From the human T2T-CHM13v2.0 reference genome, Homo sapiens: a stretch of DNA of 64,000 nt. The position numbers were made by a program, and so were the translations under genes. This document shows positions 40,351 through 53,819 of this stretch, piece after piece. The notes beneath the pieces were generated by a model. It was not told the origin of the DNA and made no database searches. It was given only the letters and a program-made list of their open reading frames with translations. How positions within the stretch are numbered: the stretch's first letter is position 1; each line of letters begins with the position of its first letter. Location of the stretch: assembly GCF_009914755.1 (NCBI RefSeq), contig NC_060944.1; one strand, 5' to 3'.

Positions 40351-42134
40351 GTAAATAGTGCTTGAGGCCTGCTTGGCAACTTCAGAAGCCCCTTCCCCTA
40401 CAAGTCCTGGTGAGCCCCTAGAGGCAAAGTTCCCCTAGCCACATGTCCACACCGCAGTCCCGATCTACCCGCCTGCGTTGCTGCAGGGAGACCCAGGTCC
40501 CTGCCACGTGAGACACCCAGGGAGGGGAGGTGCAAAGGTGGTCTTCCGCGCATTCCCACCCACTTCTGTTCAGGACTATTCTTCTCAAAGTGAAAGGGGA
40601 AAGGCGGGGGTGTCAGGGAAAACAGTAGGATCCCTCCCTTTGGTCTTAAATTCCATTAATCAGCTCCCTAGAAGCCACTGGGAAGGAGGATTGAGTCCCC
40701 TTGGCATTACCAGTGATCCCTGATCCTGACTCAAAAGCCACTTCCTGCTGTGGAGACGTGAGGGCAAGTTGCTGGGGTTTTTACGCCGAGATACTTAGTT
40801 CATCACGGTGTGAAACTCACTTCTCCAAATGATTGACATTTCTAGGACAAGGAAGCCTTCTAAACTATGTCCATGAGTTCAATATAAACCCACTTTTCAT
40901 TCAGCTTGATGGTAAAAATAATGTTTCAGACAATTTTGGTGTCCGCTGCAAAGTGGAAGCCTCTGTAAATGTGCAATGAGAAAAGAAAAATCTTTAAAGG
41001 AAAAGAAGGATTCAGAAATAAGCAAAGAAAGGCATATCACTCAGGAAGAGAAGGTCCACAAATTCTCCATCTCTCACGTTCAGAATGTGCCTTCCACACG
41101 GCTTCTCTGCACCTGAGTTCTCCAAAGACACCTTCTGATATGCGGTGTAATTACAGTCACTGTGTGTGAGTTCCGAGGAAAGCTGTGGGGATTTGCAGAG
41201 GAAAGGCATGTTCCTGGGCGTTGGGTGTGTGTGGGCCATCATAAGGGTCTTCTCATTATTTAATTTACAGATTAAAACAGAGCCCTTAAATTAACTATAT
41301 TTTGCAGGCTGAAAATGTTGTTTAAGAGCCATTTCCTCATTGAAAATAGACTGAATGCTGTGGTGTTGAGCACAGCTTCACCTATGAATTTCAAGTGATG
41401 GAAGGGGTTGAGCTCCTGCATTGACTTCACCATGAGGAGACATTTTTTCTTCCTTCCCAAAAAGTTAGCCCATCCTGGTAACTCTTGTCAGGGTCTTGAC
41501 ATTCTGACAGGCACAGTGTGAAAATATGTGGGATTTTGTGCTTAAATTCCCAGAGACCATGAGCCAGGAAGGATAAGGAACTGGAGACGGGCTTTGCAGG
41601 TTTGAGAAGCTTGTATACTTTTGGAAAATAAGTATCATCTCAGATATTTTCAACTCTGCAGATAAACAGATACCTGCAGACCGTCCCAGTTTCTCTTTGT
41701 TTAAGGCCCCTACTCAGCCCAGAGCCCCTGATCTTTAGCAGGTGATTGGTTTCTTCTCCCCTGGTCTCCAGCCGGCCCAGGCTCCAGCGAAACAACCCTG
41801 CAGGTCTCCAAAAGCACAGAACCCTGCTCACCCTCAAGGCTTTTGGGATGACTTTCCCAGGGGCTCTGTGCCCCGTACCTATGCCAGGGTCTAGGCCCCA
41901 TCCTGTCTTATCTGGCACGTCTCCTCTCTAGAACTCTTCCCTGACAAGCTCTGTACCCGCAGATAAACCCCTATGTGTTTCTCTTTTGGAACATATAAGA
42001 GGATTGTGACTGAGTGATTGTCCAAACCATAAATGTCTGACTTCCACGTAGTTGGTGAGCTCTGCTCAGTTAGGAACTCTGTACAACTTGCAAATGGGGA
42101 CCTTGAGTGCCTGCCGCGTGGGTGCTTAATTATA

Positions 42135-43150
42135 AATAGAGAGGTATAGATATGGATATGATATTAATATGCATATAAAATGGATATGACATGGATCTGA
42201 ATGTGGGTATGGACATTATATGAATATGGATGTGGATATGCTATGGATATAGGATATCGATAAAATATATACATATGGATATAGATATGATATCGATATG
42301 TATATGATACGGGTTCAGATATAAGATGGATATGAATAGAGATATAATATAGATAGGTATATAATATAGATATGGATACAGATATGAATATGGATGTGAT
42401 ATGAATATAAATTTGATATGGAATGGATTTGATATGAATGTAGATATTATATAGATGTGATATGGATGTGAATATTATATGGATATAGATATAGATATGG
42501 ATATAAATACAATATGGGTATAGATATAATATAGATATAGAGATGTGGGTATGATAGGGACATAGATATAATATATATGAATATAGATATATTGATATGG
42601 TATAAATATGATATATAAATGGATACAATATAGATATGAATTTGATATGTGTATGTATTTGATATAAATAGGGATATAGATATAATATGGGTATGGATAT
42701 GAAATTAATATGGATATAGATTTATATGAATATGGATATAGATATAGATATGGATATGCCATAAATATGGATATAGATGTAGTGTGGGTAATGATATAAA
42801 TATGATATGGATATAATATGGGTATGGATATGATATGGACATAGGTATGGTATGATATGATATAAACATGGATATAGAGATGATATCAGATGGATATGAC
42901 AGGAATATGGATATAGATTTATATGGATATTGATATGATACGATATGGAATTAATATAGATACGATATGGATATTGATAAGATAGGGATATGGAGATAGA
43001 TGCAGACATTGATGTAGATTCAGATCCAGATCCTGTTATGGGTACTGATATAGATATTGAGACTAGATGACATGTGCATAGAGATGCACGTTGCTCTGGA
43101 TACAGGTATTGATACACACATAGACACCAATATAGACGCAGATACAGATA
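42135..43150 (+). repeat. ~1 kb degenerate (GATATA/GATATG)n hexamer repeat
   Basis: Direct observation; nearly C-free on the + strand; source of I/Y/H-rich - strand ORFs. Confidence 0.95.
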
Positions 43151-43806
43151 TTGCTGTTGTAGCCTGAATGTATGAGTGAGAGGACACTCCTTAGACTTCA
43201 CCTCCTTCCACCCTTCCTCCCATGTTCATCCCAGCCAGCATGCTTTGGACAAGTGACCGTCTATGAGGCCCCCATATCCTCATCTCTGAAATAGAGGTGC
43301 TACTTCAGAGGATGGAGGTGTGGATTAACGAGGCAAGCATAAGAAATACATCACCTGAAACTGTTATTCACTTGCAGATGAATTAAGTGTTCCCCAAACC
43401 TGGCTAACTGACAAGGCAAGTCTGGGATACGCTGGCCCAGCGCTTCAGCACTCAATCCATGTGGACACTGGAGTTCGAACCAGGAAACTGTTCATAATTG
43501 GGGTGGTCCATGCATTTTCCCTGTTGGCATGCCCTTCACTTACCTCAACAGGACAGAAGAAACGAATAGCCAGAATGAATAAAAATGAGGACTACGTTTG
43601 GAATAGAAATGAGTTGCTCAAAACCTCCTCTTTCTTTCTCAATTAAGCATCACTACGTGGAGGCTGCCGGATCACCAAGCACTAGAATGAGATGGAGCAC
43701 AAGTTGGCTGCCCAGCAAATTGCTGCCTTCGCCTTGATGATTGTACATTCCCTCCAGCTCTAGCTGGCTTAACTGCAAATATCATTAGATTCAAAATCTC
43801 ACTCTA

Positions 43807-43832
43807 TCTCTCTCTCCCTCCCTCCCTCCCTC

Positions 43833-43874
<42 letters not shown>

Positions 43875-43878
43875 TGTA
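43807..43878 (+). repeat. Compound (CT)/(CCCT)-(TG)n(CG)3(TG)n microsatellite
   Basis: Direct observation; ~46 bp of alternating purine-pyrimidine. Confidence 0.95.
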
Positions 43879-44344
43879 GAACCTATTGATAGCCACAGGC
43901 AGAGCTAATTAAATGCAATGCACATTTCATACTTTCATGCAATTTCACACAATTATGAATTTTGCAATAATGCAAATGAAGAGAAAACCAGGAACCAAGG
44001 TGGGTGAGTTGTGGGAGGGGGCATCAGAGGGCCAAGAAGTCTCTGGTTCTTTCTAAGCTTCCCTGAACCACTGGAAACTTGCCAAATGTCCCCAACCATT
44101 GCCTCTATCAGGTTGTTGTATGCACCAGGAGCAATCATTGGGAGGCATTTAGAATCCGAGTGATCCAGGGTCAAGAGGCATCTTGGAGAGGAGGTGGAGA
44201 AAACTTCCACCTGAGCCTCAGAGTCCCGCAAAGTGGTCCTCTAGTCACACTCCCTGTTGCAATCATTACTGAGCACCAACAGGCTACAAGGATAGAGCAG
44301 CTGAACACAGGTCATCACGAGGTGGCTCACTGCTTTCTGAATCA

Positions 44345-44545
44345 CAGTTGGCAAACTTTTGTGCAAAAGGCCAGACAATAAATATTTTAGGTTTTGCTTA
44401 CCAGATGTTTCTGACACAACTATGCAACTCTGTCATTGTGGCCATCTATAAACAAAGGGGTACGCCTGTGTTCCAATAAAACTTTATTGGCAAAACCACA
44501 TGTTGGGTGAATGTGGCCTGAGGACCACGGTTTAACAACCTCTGA
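44345..44545 (+). mobile_element. MER58A-like hAT fossil
   Basis: GTTGGCAAACTTTT..AAAGGCCAGA..TGTGTTCCAATAAAACTTTATT. Confidence 0.85.
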
Positions 44546-44687
44546 TATAAGGGATCACTGGAAGAGTGTTTTAGAAATACCTGACCAAGTGTATTGGAGA
44601 GATGTAGAGTCAAACACATAAAAACATGACCACTCAAAGTGACCTCAGTGGAACAATGGGTCTAGTTAAGAGTTTCACTTCTCAGAC

Positions 44688-45141
44688 TGAGGTAGGAGGT
44701 GGGACTCAACTCCAGAGGCGGGGCTTGGGCACTGAACCAGATTGAGGACTAGCTAAAACAGGGTCAGAGCAAAAGCATCTTTCCAAAAAGACACTCCCAC
44801 CAGTGTGTCAACTTAGTGTTGTCAAGGCAACACCACTGCCCCTTTCCATGGCAATGATCCAATGACCCAAAAGTTACTACCCCTTCCCTAGAAATTTCTG
44901 CATAAACTGCCCCTTAATCTGCATGTTATTAAAAGTGGGTATAAATGTGACTGCAAAACTGCCCTGAGCTGCTCCTCTGCCTACCGGGTAGCCCTGCTCT
45001 GAAGGAGCAATCATGGAGCTGTGACACCGCACCTCAATAAAGCTGTTTTCTTCTACCTGGCTTATCCTTGAATTCTTTTCCGGACAAAGCCAAAACCCTC
45101 CTGGGCTAAGCCACACTTTGGAGCTCCCCTGTCCTGCATCA
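44688..45141 (+). mobile_element. ERV1 solo LTR (MER66-like)
   Basis: TG...CA termini, 4-bp TSD AGAC, TATAAA at 44940, AATAAA at 45036. Confidence 0.85.
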
Positions 45142-46211
45142 AGACCACTGCCTGAGATGAAGTTCATCCTCTAAGGGCTGGAAGTGGGGAAGCTCTGAAG
45201 TGGCCTCTGCACAAATAGAGAAGGCCACATGGATGGTGACTCATCTATTAATTGGATATTCCTTTGGAAGTTTAAAGGCTAGGTGTTCCCAAGAGGACAA
45301 GCTTTGGGGGCTCCACACCTACTCCTAGCAACTGTACTCTAATCTTCTGATTTGCAATGGGGCTGCTGTAAGTCTCAGTTTTTGAATTTCTGAAACACAG
45401 ATTAATCATGCAACTACAAGACTATCCTTGTAACCCAGTGCCACTAAAGTGATCTGGGAATGTCCCTTCCGTACACCTCTACAGACACAACTAAGCAAAG
45501 CTTTCATAGTAATATCAGAGTAGCAGCCAGGTGTATGAATAGAGGCCAGGAACCAAGAGCACACAGGGGCTTTGGAGGCAGAAGGCACATATCGCTGTGA
45601 CTGCAGGGTAGGGCAGCGGTGGTAGGGCATGAACCACAGGATGAGAGAGGTGCTCCAGAAGTCTTCTTGTAGAGCAAGAGACCAATGTTGTGCTTTTTGT
45701 TCATGGCCCTGTTGTTGCATGTTTCTCAGCTGTACAGCCCATAAATGACATCTTGGCTTTAAGAGATAAAAACCCAGCCATAGACTTGTCTCATGTCGGC
45801 CCACACAGAGAAACTCCTGGGGGACTTGGTCATTGGACAGACCATGGATTTAGTCTTGGCAAATAGATTTAGTTTCCCCAACCAGCTGAAAGAGGGTCTG
45901 TTTCTGTTGCAGTCTAATCAATGCACATATGGGTTGCTTGTTCAATAAAAGAAACTTAAGTGGAGATATTTAAGGAACTTGAGAAGTATTCAAAAAATCT
46001 AAAGCAAAAATGGTTTAACTGCAGACACTGGCATGTAGTTCTTAAGGTATACAATTAGGAAAATTTGTACAGTAATTAGGTCAGTTAACGAGAGTTCCAT
46101 GTTCATCCTCTTCATTAGCTAAGCCTGAGAATTTTTCTTTTCTTGCCCAACATCTCAAAATTCTTAGTTTGAGCTGATTTTTCTGATAAATTCTTAGAAA
46201 TTTCTGGTTGA

Positions 46212-46529
46212 GGCCGGGCACAGTGGCTCATATCTGTAATCCCAGCACTTTGGGAGGCCGAGGTGGATGGATCACTTGAGGTCAGAAGTTTGGGATCAGC
46301 CTGGACAACATGGCGAAACCCCATCTCTACTAAAAATGCAAAAATTAGCCATGCATGGTGGCGCATGCCTGTAATCCCAGCTACTCTGAAGGCTGAGGCA
46401 CAAGTATGGCTTGCAGCTGGGAAGTGAAGGTTGCAGTGAGGCGAGATGGTCCCATTGCACTCCAGCCTAAGTGACAGAGGGAAACTGTGTATCAAAATAA
46501 ATAAATAAATAAACTAATAAATAAATAAA
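46212..46529 (+). mobile_element. Alu (S/J) with (AAAT)n tail
   Basis: Full dimer; TSD AAATTTCTGGTTG. Confidence 0.92.
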
Positions 46530-46976
46530 GGAAAATTTCTGGTTGGCATGAGGTCTTCCTATTAACAAAAGCTGACAGGTGAGCATTTTATGTACCAGGA
46601 GTATTTGCCAAGCTGACCCCAGTGATCCCAGTCTTTTGCCAAAACAGGTGCAGACCATAGAAAGTATAGAACCTGGTCAAACCAAAAGCAGCCCCTATTC
46701 ACAATACAGTGCCCCTCTATCATGGGACTCTCCTTTGCTTGGCTTTCTAACTTCAGCTCCCACTACTGACATCATCACACTGCTCTCAGTCTCGGCCTCT
46801 GCTCTGAAGAGCATGGTCTCCCCTGCTCCACACTGCACAACCCATCATCTTTCAGACATCTCTTTCTCAGCTTGGGTTCTCTTTCACTGTCTTCTCTACT
46901 AGTCGTATTTCTATTCATCTTTCTGCGTCCAACTCAAACCCTTCTTCTCCCAAGTAGAACCTTGTAACCTCTGTAA

Positions 46977-47454
<478 letters not shown>

Positions 47455-47638
47455 TAACATCAGTTGTTCATTATTTGTAACTTAAATAATATGAAGTCAA
47501 TTGGCATGATTAAAGCTCTATGGTCTTCTGCAAAACAGCAATGATCAGTTACCAATTGCTTTCTTTAAGTATAGCGTGGAGAATGGAGTTGAAAGTGACC
47601 AGCATTGTGGCCTTTGTTCTGGGGGGTGCCTGCCATAC

Positions 47639-48484
47639 TGATGGCAGCTGCTGCTCCAGACAGCCTGTCACTGCCATCACGTTGGCTGCAGCAGGGAGGC
47701 ATTGCCTGGGCTGCACGCCCCATGGAGCCAGCGGGAGCCCCATCCCTTCTGAGTTGGGGTGGGAGCTCCCTGGGTGCCGCTGCAGCTGCCCAAACTGCCT
47801 GCAGACCCAGGCCACTGCCCCATTGGCCTGGGAAGGCCCCCTGCCCTTGCAGGCTCAGAAGTGCCTGCTCCCACTGCCTGGCTGCTTTCTGCTGTTGGTG
47901 TCTGCTCCAATCTCAGAAAAGTTGGGGCAAAACCTGGGCATCATGAATGGCAGCAGAAGGCAGATAGGTTCCTGGGCAGAAGGGGATGGGTCCCTGGTAA
48001 AGCCAATCCCATGGACTGGAATGAAGACTTGTGGTGCCTTTTCTGTGTCCTCCCATGGCTGCCCATGAGCCGGCTGGCACACACTTTCTCCCCTCTGTGG
48101 TCCATAGAAGCCCTGGGCTTTACCAGAGCAGGCAGAGAATGGAGAGATGACAGGATGACCAGCAGCAGACAGGAGTGGGAAGACCACTGCAGATGATGGC
48201 TGCAGAGATGATGGGGACAACCTGATGGTGGAGAAGAGCCACCCTCTCCAGAGTCTCTGCTGCGAGCTGAACACTTGATGGGATGACCTGCATACAAAGA
48301 GGAGCTACCCATTGTAAGTCTCCCCTGAGCTGTTCTAACACTCAATAAGCTTCTCTGTCTTGCTCACCCTCCACTTGTCTGCATACCTCATTCTTCCTGA
48401 ACACAGGACAAGAACTCGGGAAAAGGTGCCACTGGCCACAGAGATTTCTGCCCAGAAAAGCGACACCCCAACGATCCTGTAACA
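47639..48484 (+). mobile_element. MER52-family ERV1 solo LTR
   Basis: TGATGGCAGC...GATCCTGTAACA termini, 4-bp TSD ATAC; GC-rich; explains the cluster of overlapping ORFs. Confidence 0.85.
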
Positions 48485-48669
48485 ATACCAATGCTATTAT
48501 CCCAAAATAAGCTGGACATATTCCTCAGTGTGGAATTTTGGAGAAGGCGGTAGACGCAGCATTGCAAGGTCATGTTTCTACCTGTACTCTGATCTGTTTT
48601 ATTGGCTTTGTAATTTTTCTCATACTGTCTATTTTCCTCTCAATAAAACCTTAGAATGCTCTTCAATAT

Positions 48670-49470
48670 GTAAGATAAATAAAAGCCAGAAAAACAAAAG
48701 TTTGAGTGGTCACTTCACCAAAGAATATGTACAATTGAAAAATAAACATATGAAAAGATACTCAACATCATTAGTCACTAGGAAAACGCAAATTAAAATC
48801 ACAATAAGATACCACTACAACTATTAGAATGGTTAAATTTAAAAGAAAATCCCACTGTAACACCAAATGCTGGGGAGAATGAGGGGCAGTAGGAGCCCTC
48901 ACTCCTTGCTGATGGGATGAGTGACATATCATGACACAGCCACTCTGGAAGATAGTTAAGAGTTCCTTATAAAGTTAAACTTACCGTAACTCAGGACCAC
49001 ATTCCTAAGACTTTATTGGAGTAAAACTAAAAAACCCCTGTTCACACAAGAGGCTGCATGTAAATGTTTGTGGCAGCTTTATTAAACATCTCCAAAAACT
49101 GGAGACAATACCAATGTCTCTTAATTGGGGAACTGAAAGACAAATGGTGGCCCAAAATAGAGGTCAGAAATAAAAGGAAAGAACTCTTGATTCATCAAGG
49201 AAGAATCTCAGGTGAATTACGCTACTTGAAAGAAGCTAGCCCCAAAACACTGCATACTGTATGGTTCAATGTATACGACATACATCTTGGAAAAGGCAAA
49301 ATGACAGAGACAGAAACTAGATCAGAGATTGCCAGGGGCTGGGTGGGGGATGGAATGTTCTGTATCTTGATTGTGGTGCTAGTTACATGACTGTACACAT
49401 TCGTCAAGACTCACAGAACCGCATACTGAAAAGGTTGAGTTGAACTGTGTCTAAATTATATCTTAGAAAA
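48670..49470 (+). mobile_element. Old L1M (MB/MC/MD-like) ORF2 end and 3' UTR
   Basis: HFTKE..KHMKRYSTSLVTRKTQIKITIRYH peptide remnant. Confidence 0.85.
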
Positions 49471-49487
49471 AAATATATATATATATA

Positions 49488-49769
<282 letters not shown>

Positions 49770-50165
49770 AAAAAAATATATTTTTAAAGCTAGCAGGTCT
49801 GATTTTAATTAAGATTTGGAAGTCTACCTGCCCAGGCTTCCCAAGGTGCTCCAGTCAGATCCTGGGTCACCACCAAGTCCCACAGAAACCAGTTTGGAGA
49901 CCTGTAGACTAGCTCCTCACTGAGCCATTTCTGGATCTCCAACTCTCTGTCATCTTTCACCTGGGACCCTCATGGGAGGTGGATGCAGCAGATTCTCTGA
50001 AATCCTACTTTTGAACACTGTCGTTTTCATCAGCAAAGCCACTTCCTGGACTGCTCCTATGTCCACCACCCAGACTGTCCAGCCAGGCTGGGCACCTTCC
50101 TAGGGCAAGACTGTCTCAGCTTGTCTGCGTGGACTGTCAGCCTCCAGTCTAGAGGGAGGGAAGTA

Positions 50166-50311
50166 CAGGGCTGGGCCTCCTGCCTCTTTTCCTATGGAGG
50201 GTGGGGATGGCATTGCACGCACATCAACCTGATGCTACAGGGCTTGGCCTCTTGCCTTGTGTCCCGTGGAGGGCGGGGATGGCATTGCACGCACATCACC
50301 CTGACGCTGCA
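50166..50311 (+). repeat. 72-bp local tandem duplication (2 copies)
   Basis: CAGGGCT.GGCCTC.TGCCT...GGAGGG.GGGGATGGCATTGCACGCACATCA.CCTGA.GCT.CA at 50166 and 50238. Confidence 0.92.
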
Positions 50312-50729
50312 CTTGCCCCAGAAGTCAGCACTCAGGGATTTTCCTCCACCATGGGGCTGCCTGAAAATGGAAATGAATTCTCAGCACAAAACAAAAAGAC
50401 AAACTGGTATGATGCCTCAGAGCATGTTCGTTTGGGGTTTTTAGTTGTTTTAAAATTTTCTTTTCATTCTAATAAAGGACAGCTTTGTCTTTAATCCACA
50501 GATATGGCTGAATCGCTGTTTTCCAAGCAGCACACAGAAAATTATCCTACCTGAGGAGCGGAGTAGTATCCATGGAGACACAACACCAGGGCCTTCAGGG
50601 TCTCATAGGCTGGCAGGCCCAGCAAGGAGCAAGCGCTACGGCTTGTTAGTAAGAGGCGGCTAATGAGAGAGCCTGTTACTGACTCTGGGGTCCCTGAAAC
50701 ACCTTTCACTGGGGCCTCGCTCATTCCTG

Positions 50730-50970
50730 GGAGGAATGCAGTTGAGTGGTTTGATACCAGGCTTGAGCGGGACTGCAGGATTTGACTCCTAACCCCTCAT
50801 TTGTGGCTGCAGGATGCTAGACAAGCACTTAACTCCTTTGAGCTCTTCTCTGTAAAAGGCAGACTGTAGCACCTACCCCCTAAATGTATTGAAACGTTTC
50901 AACAAATGTGAGCACAGAATCAGTACCCTGCCGGGTCCACACTGAGAAATCAATGACAGCTGTGATTAAC
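50730..50970 (+). mobile_element. MIR SINE
   Basis: GACAAGCACTTAACTCCTTTGAGC..TCTGTAAAAGG. Confidence 0.6.
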
Positions 50971-51759
50971 TTCATGCCCGTGCCCATTGGGTCCATTCAA
51001 GCCACCGAGCCCCGTGGTTGAGTTGGGCTACAGGCCGCCCTGTCCCCACCAACACAGCACATCTCGGCGGTCCCAGACAGGCGGGAGGATGGACCCTGAG
51101 ACAGCACCTTAGGGAAGGCGTGAACGCACGGGAATCTGGCGGGCATCTTTGGTGAGGTTCCACCTTCTCTTGGCAGAGGCCTTGGTGGAATCCCGGGACC
51201 CCCTCTCCAAGGAAACCCCATCAGAGGGGCCCTGGTGGGTACCCAAAGAGCAGCCTAACTCCAGGGAGAGGCAAAGGACAAGAGAGGCCGAGGAGCCAAC
51301 CTGACGCCTAGAAATCATTCAATATGTATGTATTGAGTGAGTGATTTAACGAATGACCTTTAGAGTACCCATAGCTCTCCACTTCACCTGGCTGGCTGAC
51401 ACCACATACAGACATCTCAAAGACACAGAAGGTAGTGGAACAGAGCGGTGACTTGCAGGGGAGGCGCACAGCAAGGCCATGCTGGCCCCCCACACCACGC
51501 AGTTCCCAAGGGAGCTGTTGACAAAAATAACTCCTTTTGTGTTCTGACTTCCCCTTTCACAGGCCTGACCACCATGTCTGCCTTCCCCTTCCTTGCTCCC
51601 CGGAATCCTTTCTGTTCCCCAGAAGTGCCACGATCTCCCTGAGACCGGCCTTTGCTCTCGCTGGTGCAACTCCCTGTCTTTGGCATCACCCATGATGACT
51701 TCAGCACAGGACTCAGGTCTTGGTTGCCATGGCACCGATCAGAGGCCCTTCACCCCAGT

Positions 51760-51950
51760 GCTGCAGCCTAACACAGTGCTTTATCACGCTAGTCACTTCC
51801 CAGAATCACCTTGTTTATGGTTGACTTGTGTGCTGTTTGTCTTCTCCAACTAGAGTGAAAGCCCCATGAAGGTGAGATTTTCATAGTTGAGTTCATCACT
51901 GACTCCCCAGTGCCCAGAACATGCCTGAGGCATAAAAAGCATAGATGTTG
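51760..51950 (+). mobile_element. L2 3' end
   Basis: ACTAGAGTGAAAGCCCCATGAAGGTGAGA..GTTCATCACTGACTCCCCAGTGCCCAGAACATGCCTG. Confidence 0.75.
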
Positions 51951-52135
51951 GATGGATGGAGGGAAGGAAGGAAGGAAGGAAGGAAGGAAGGAAGGAAGGA
52001 AGGAAGGAAGGGGAGAGGAGAGGAGAGGAGAGGAGAGGAGAGGAGAGGAGAGGAGAGGAGGGAGGGAGGGAGGGAGGGGGAAGGGAGGGGGAGAAAGGGA
52101 TGGAGGTAGGGAGGGAGGGAGGGAGGAAGGAAGGA
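51950..52135 (+). repeat. Polypurine compound microsatellite (GGAA)12-(GGAGA)~10-(GGGA)n
   Basis: 12 consecutive GGAA at 51962-52009. Confidence 0.97.
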
Positions 52136-52165
52136 TTATGGGTATTTGGATGGATAGATGAACAT

Positions 52166-52685
<520 letters not shown>

Positions 52686-53819
52686 CAAGTGCCTGGGTTG
52701 ATGACTTAGCCAGTGGGAGGCAGATGCTTCTCTCCTAGGACTTTCTGTCTTCCAGGTAAAATGCCTCCCAGCTTTGTGCTGATGCTAGTTCTCACAATGA
52801 GGCAAATTCATTTTATATCATGCAAAGAACCTCAACTTTATGGGGAAAAGGCCATCCTTGGCTTCACAGACAAAAGTACCCCAGGCGGGTTGCCAGGACC
52901 TCATTCCATGCCTCCAGTTCGATGGGGCGCTTGGGGCTGAGTGGCGAGAGCAGCCCCTGAGCAATGTGGTGATTTCTGAAGTGTGCTTTCCCTGGCTGAG
53001 CTCACTGAGCTTTCATCTTTGTAATTACGCTGGGACACATTTCTCATTACAGACACCAGGAGAAACCACAAGCAAGCAGGCAGCTGGTTAAGCAAGAAAG
53101 AGCAAAGCAAAGATTGACCTAGTTTGGATAAAGTGGGATCTTACCTGAGTCTTTCCCAGATGGAAATCACACAAAACCAGAGCTCTCTGTGTCTTGCACA
53201 CACACAGATTGTTTTTCTTCACTCTCTTTTCTTTTACAGTGATTTTTTTTTACAAGTTTTGTTCTATTCAAATTGAGTAGAAGTATAAAGAATGAAACTA
53301 ACTGGGAAAATCTGAATGTTCAGCATGCACAAAGCCGCAGGCACTCGGCGTCCTCTGGAGCCTCTGCCTATAAGTGTAGGTTTGAACCTAACACATGAAA
53401 GTCTTTAGAAGAGTTCAGATTAATATATGTACATGATGCATGATGGATCTGGGGATGGCTGGAGAGGTGCGGGGAGGGCGGCATGTATCCTGACAGCTCA
53501 TTTTGGCTCAGTGGCTGGAGTCATAACCATGGTTACCAGTTCAGGGTCTCCAGATGGGAGTGACCAGGGCAGTGAGAAGCTCAAAACACTAGCAGGACTG
53601 AGAAAGGACTGAGAATGACAAGCCCAGAGTAAAGCAACTCAGCAGCCGGGACATGTGTTCATGTACTTGAAGAGCTGCAATGTGGGAGAGAATAGTTTAT
53701 GTGACTTCAGAGGGTAGAACTCAGGCTAACTGATAAAAGTTTCACAGAGGGACAGATGCACGTTTTGAAAATGAAGCCCAAACTTGTCCCCGCAGCTGGC
53801 CGAGCCCTGCACAATGAGG

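Noticed and set aside
42164-43201. Ile/Tyr/His-rich minus-strand ORFs
   Set aside because: Artefacts of the hexamer simple repeat
47520-48345. Cluster of overlapping 70-180 aa ORFs
   Set aside because: They fall almost entirely within a GC-rich MER52-type LTR that is poor in stop codons; no gag/pol/env motifs
50960-51310. CpG island or promoter
   Set aside because: Only short, modest CpG enrichment (also ~40450-40560); no island-scale tract or promoter architecture
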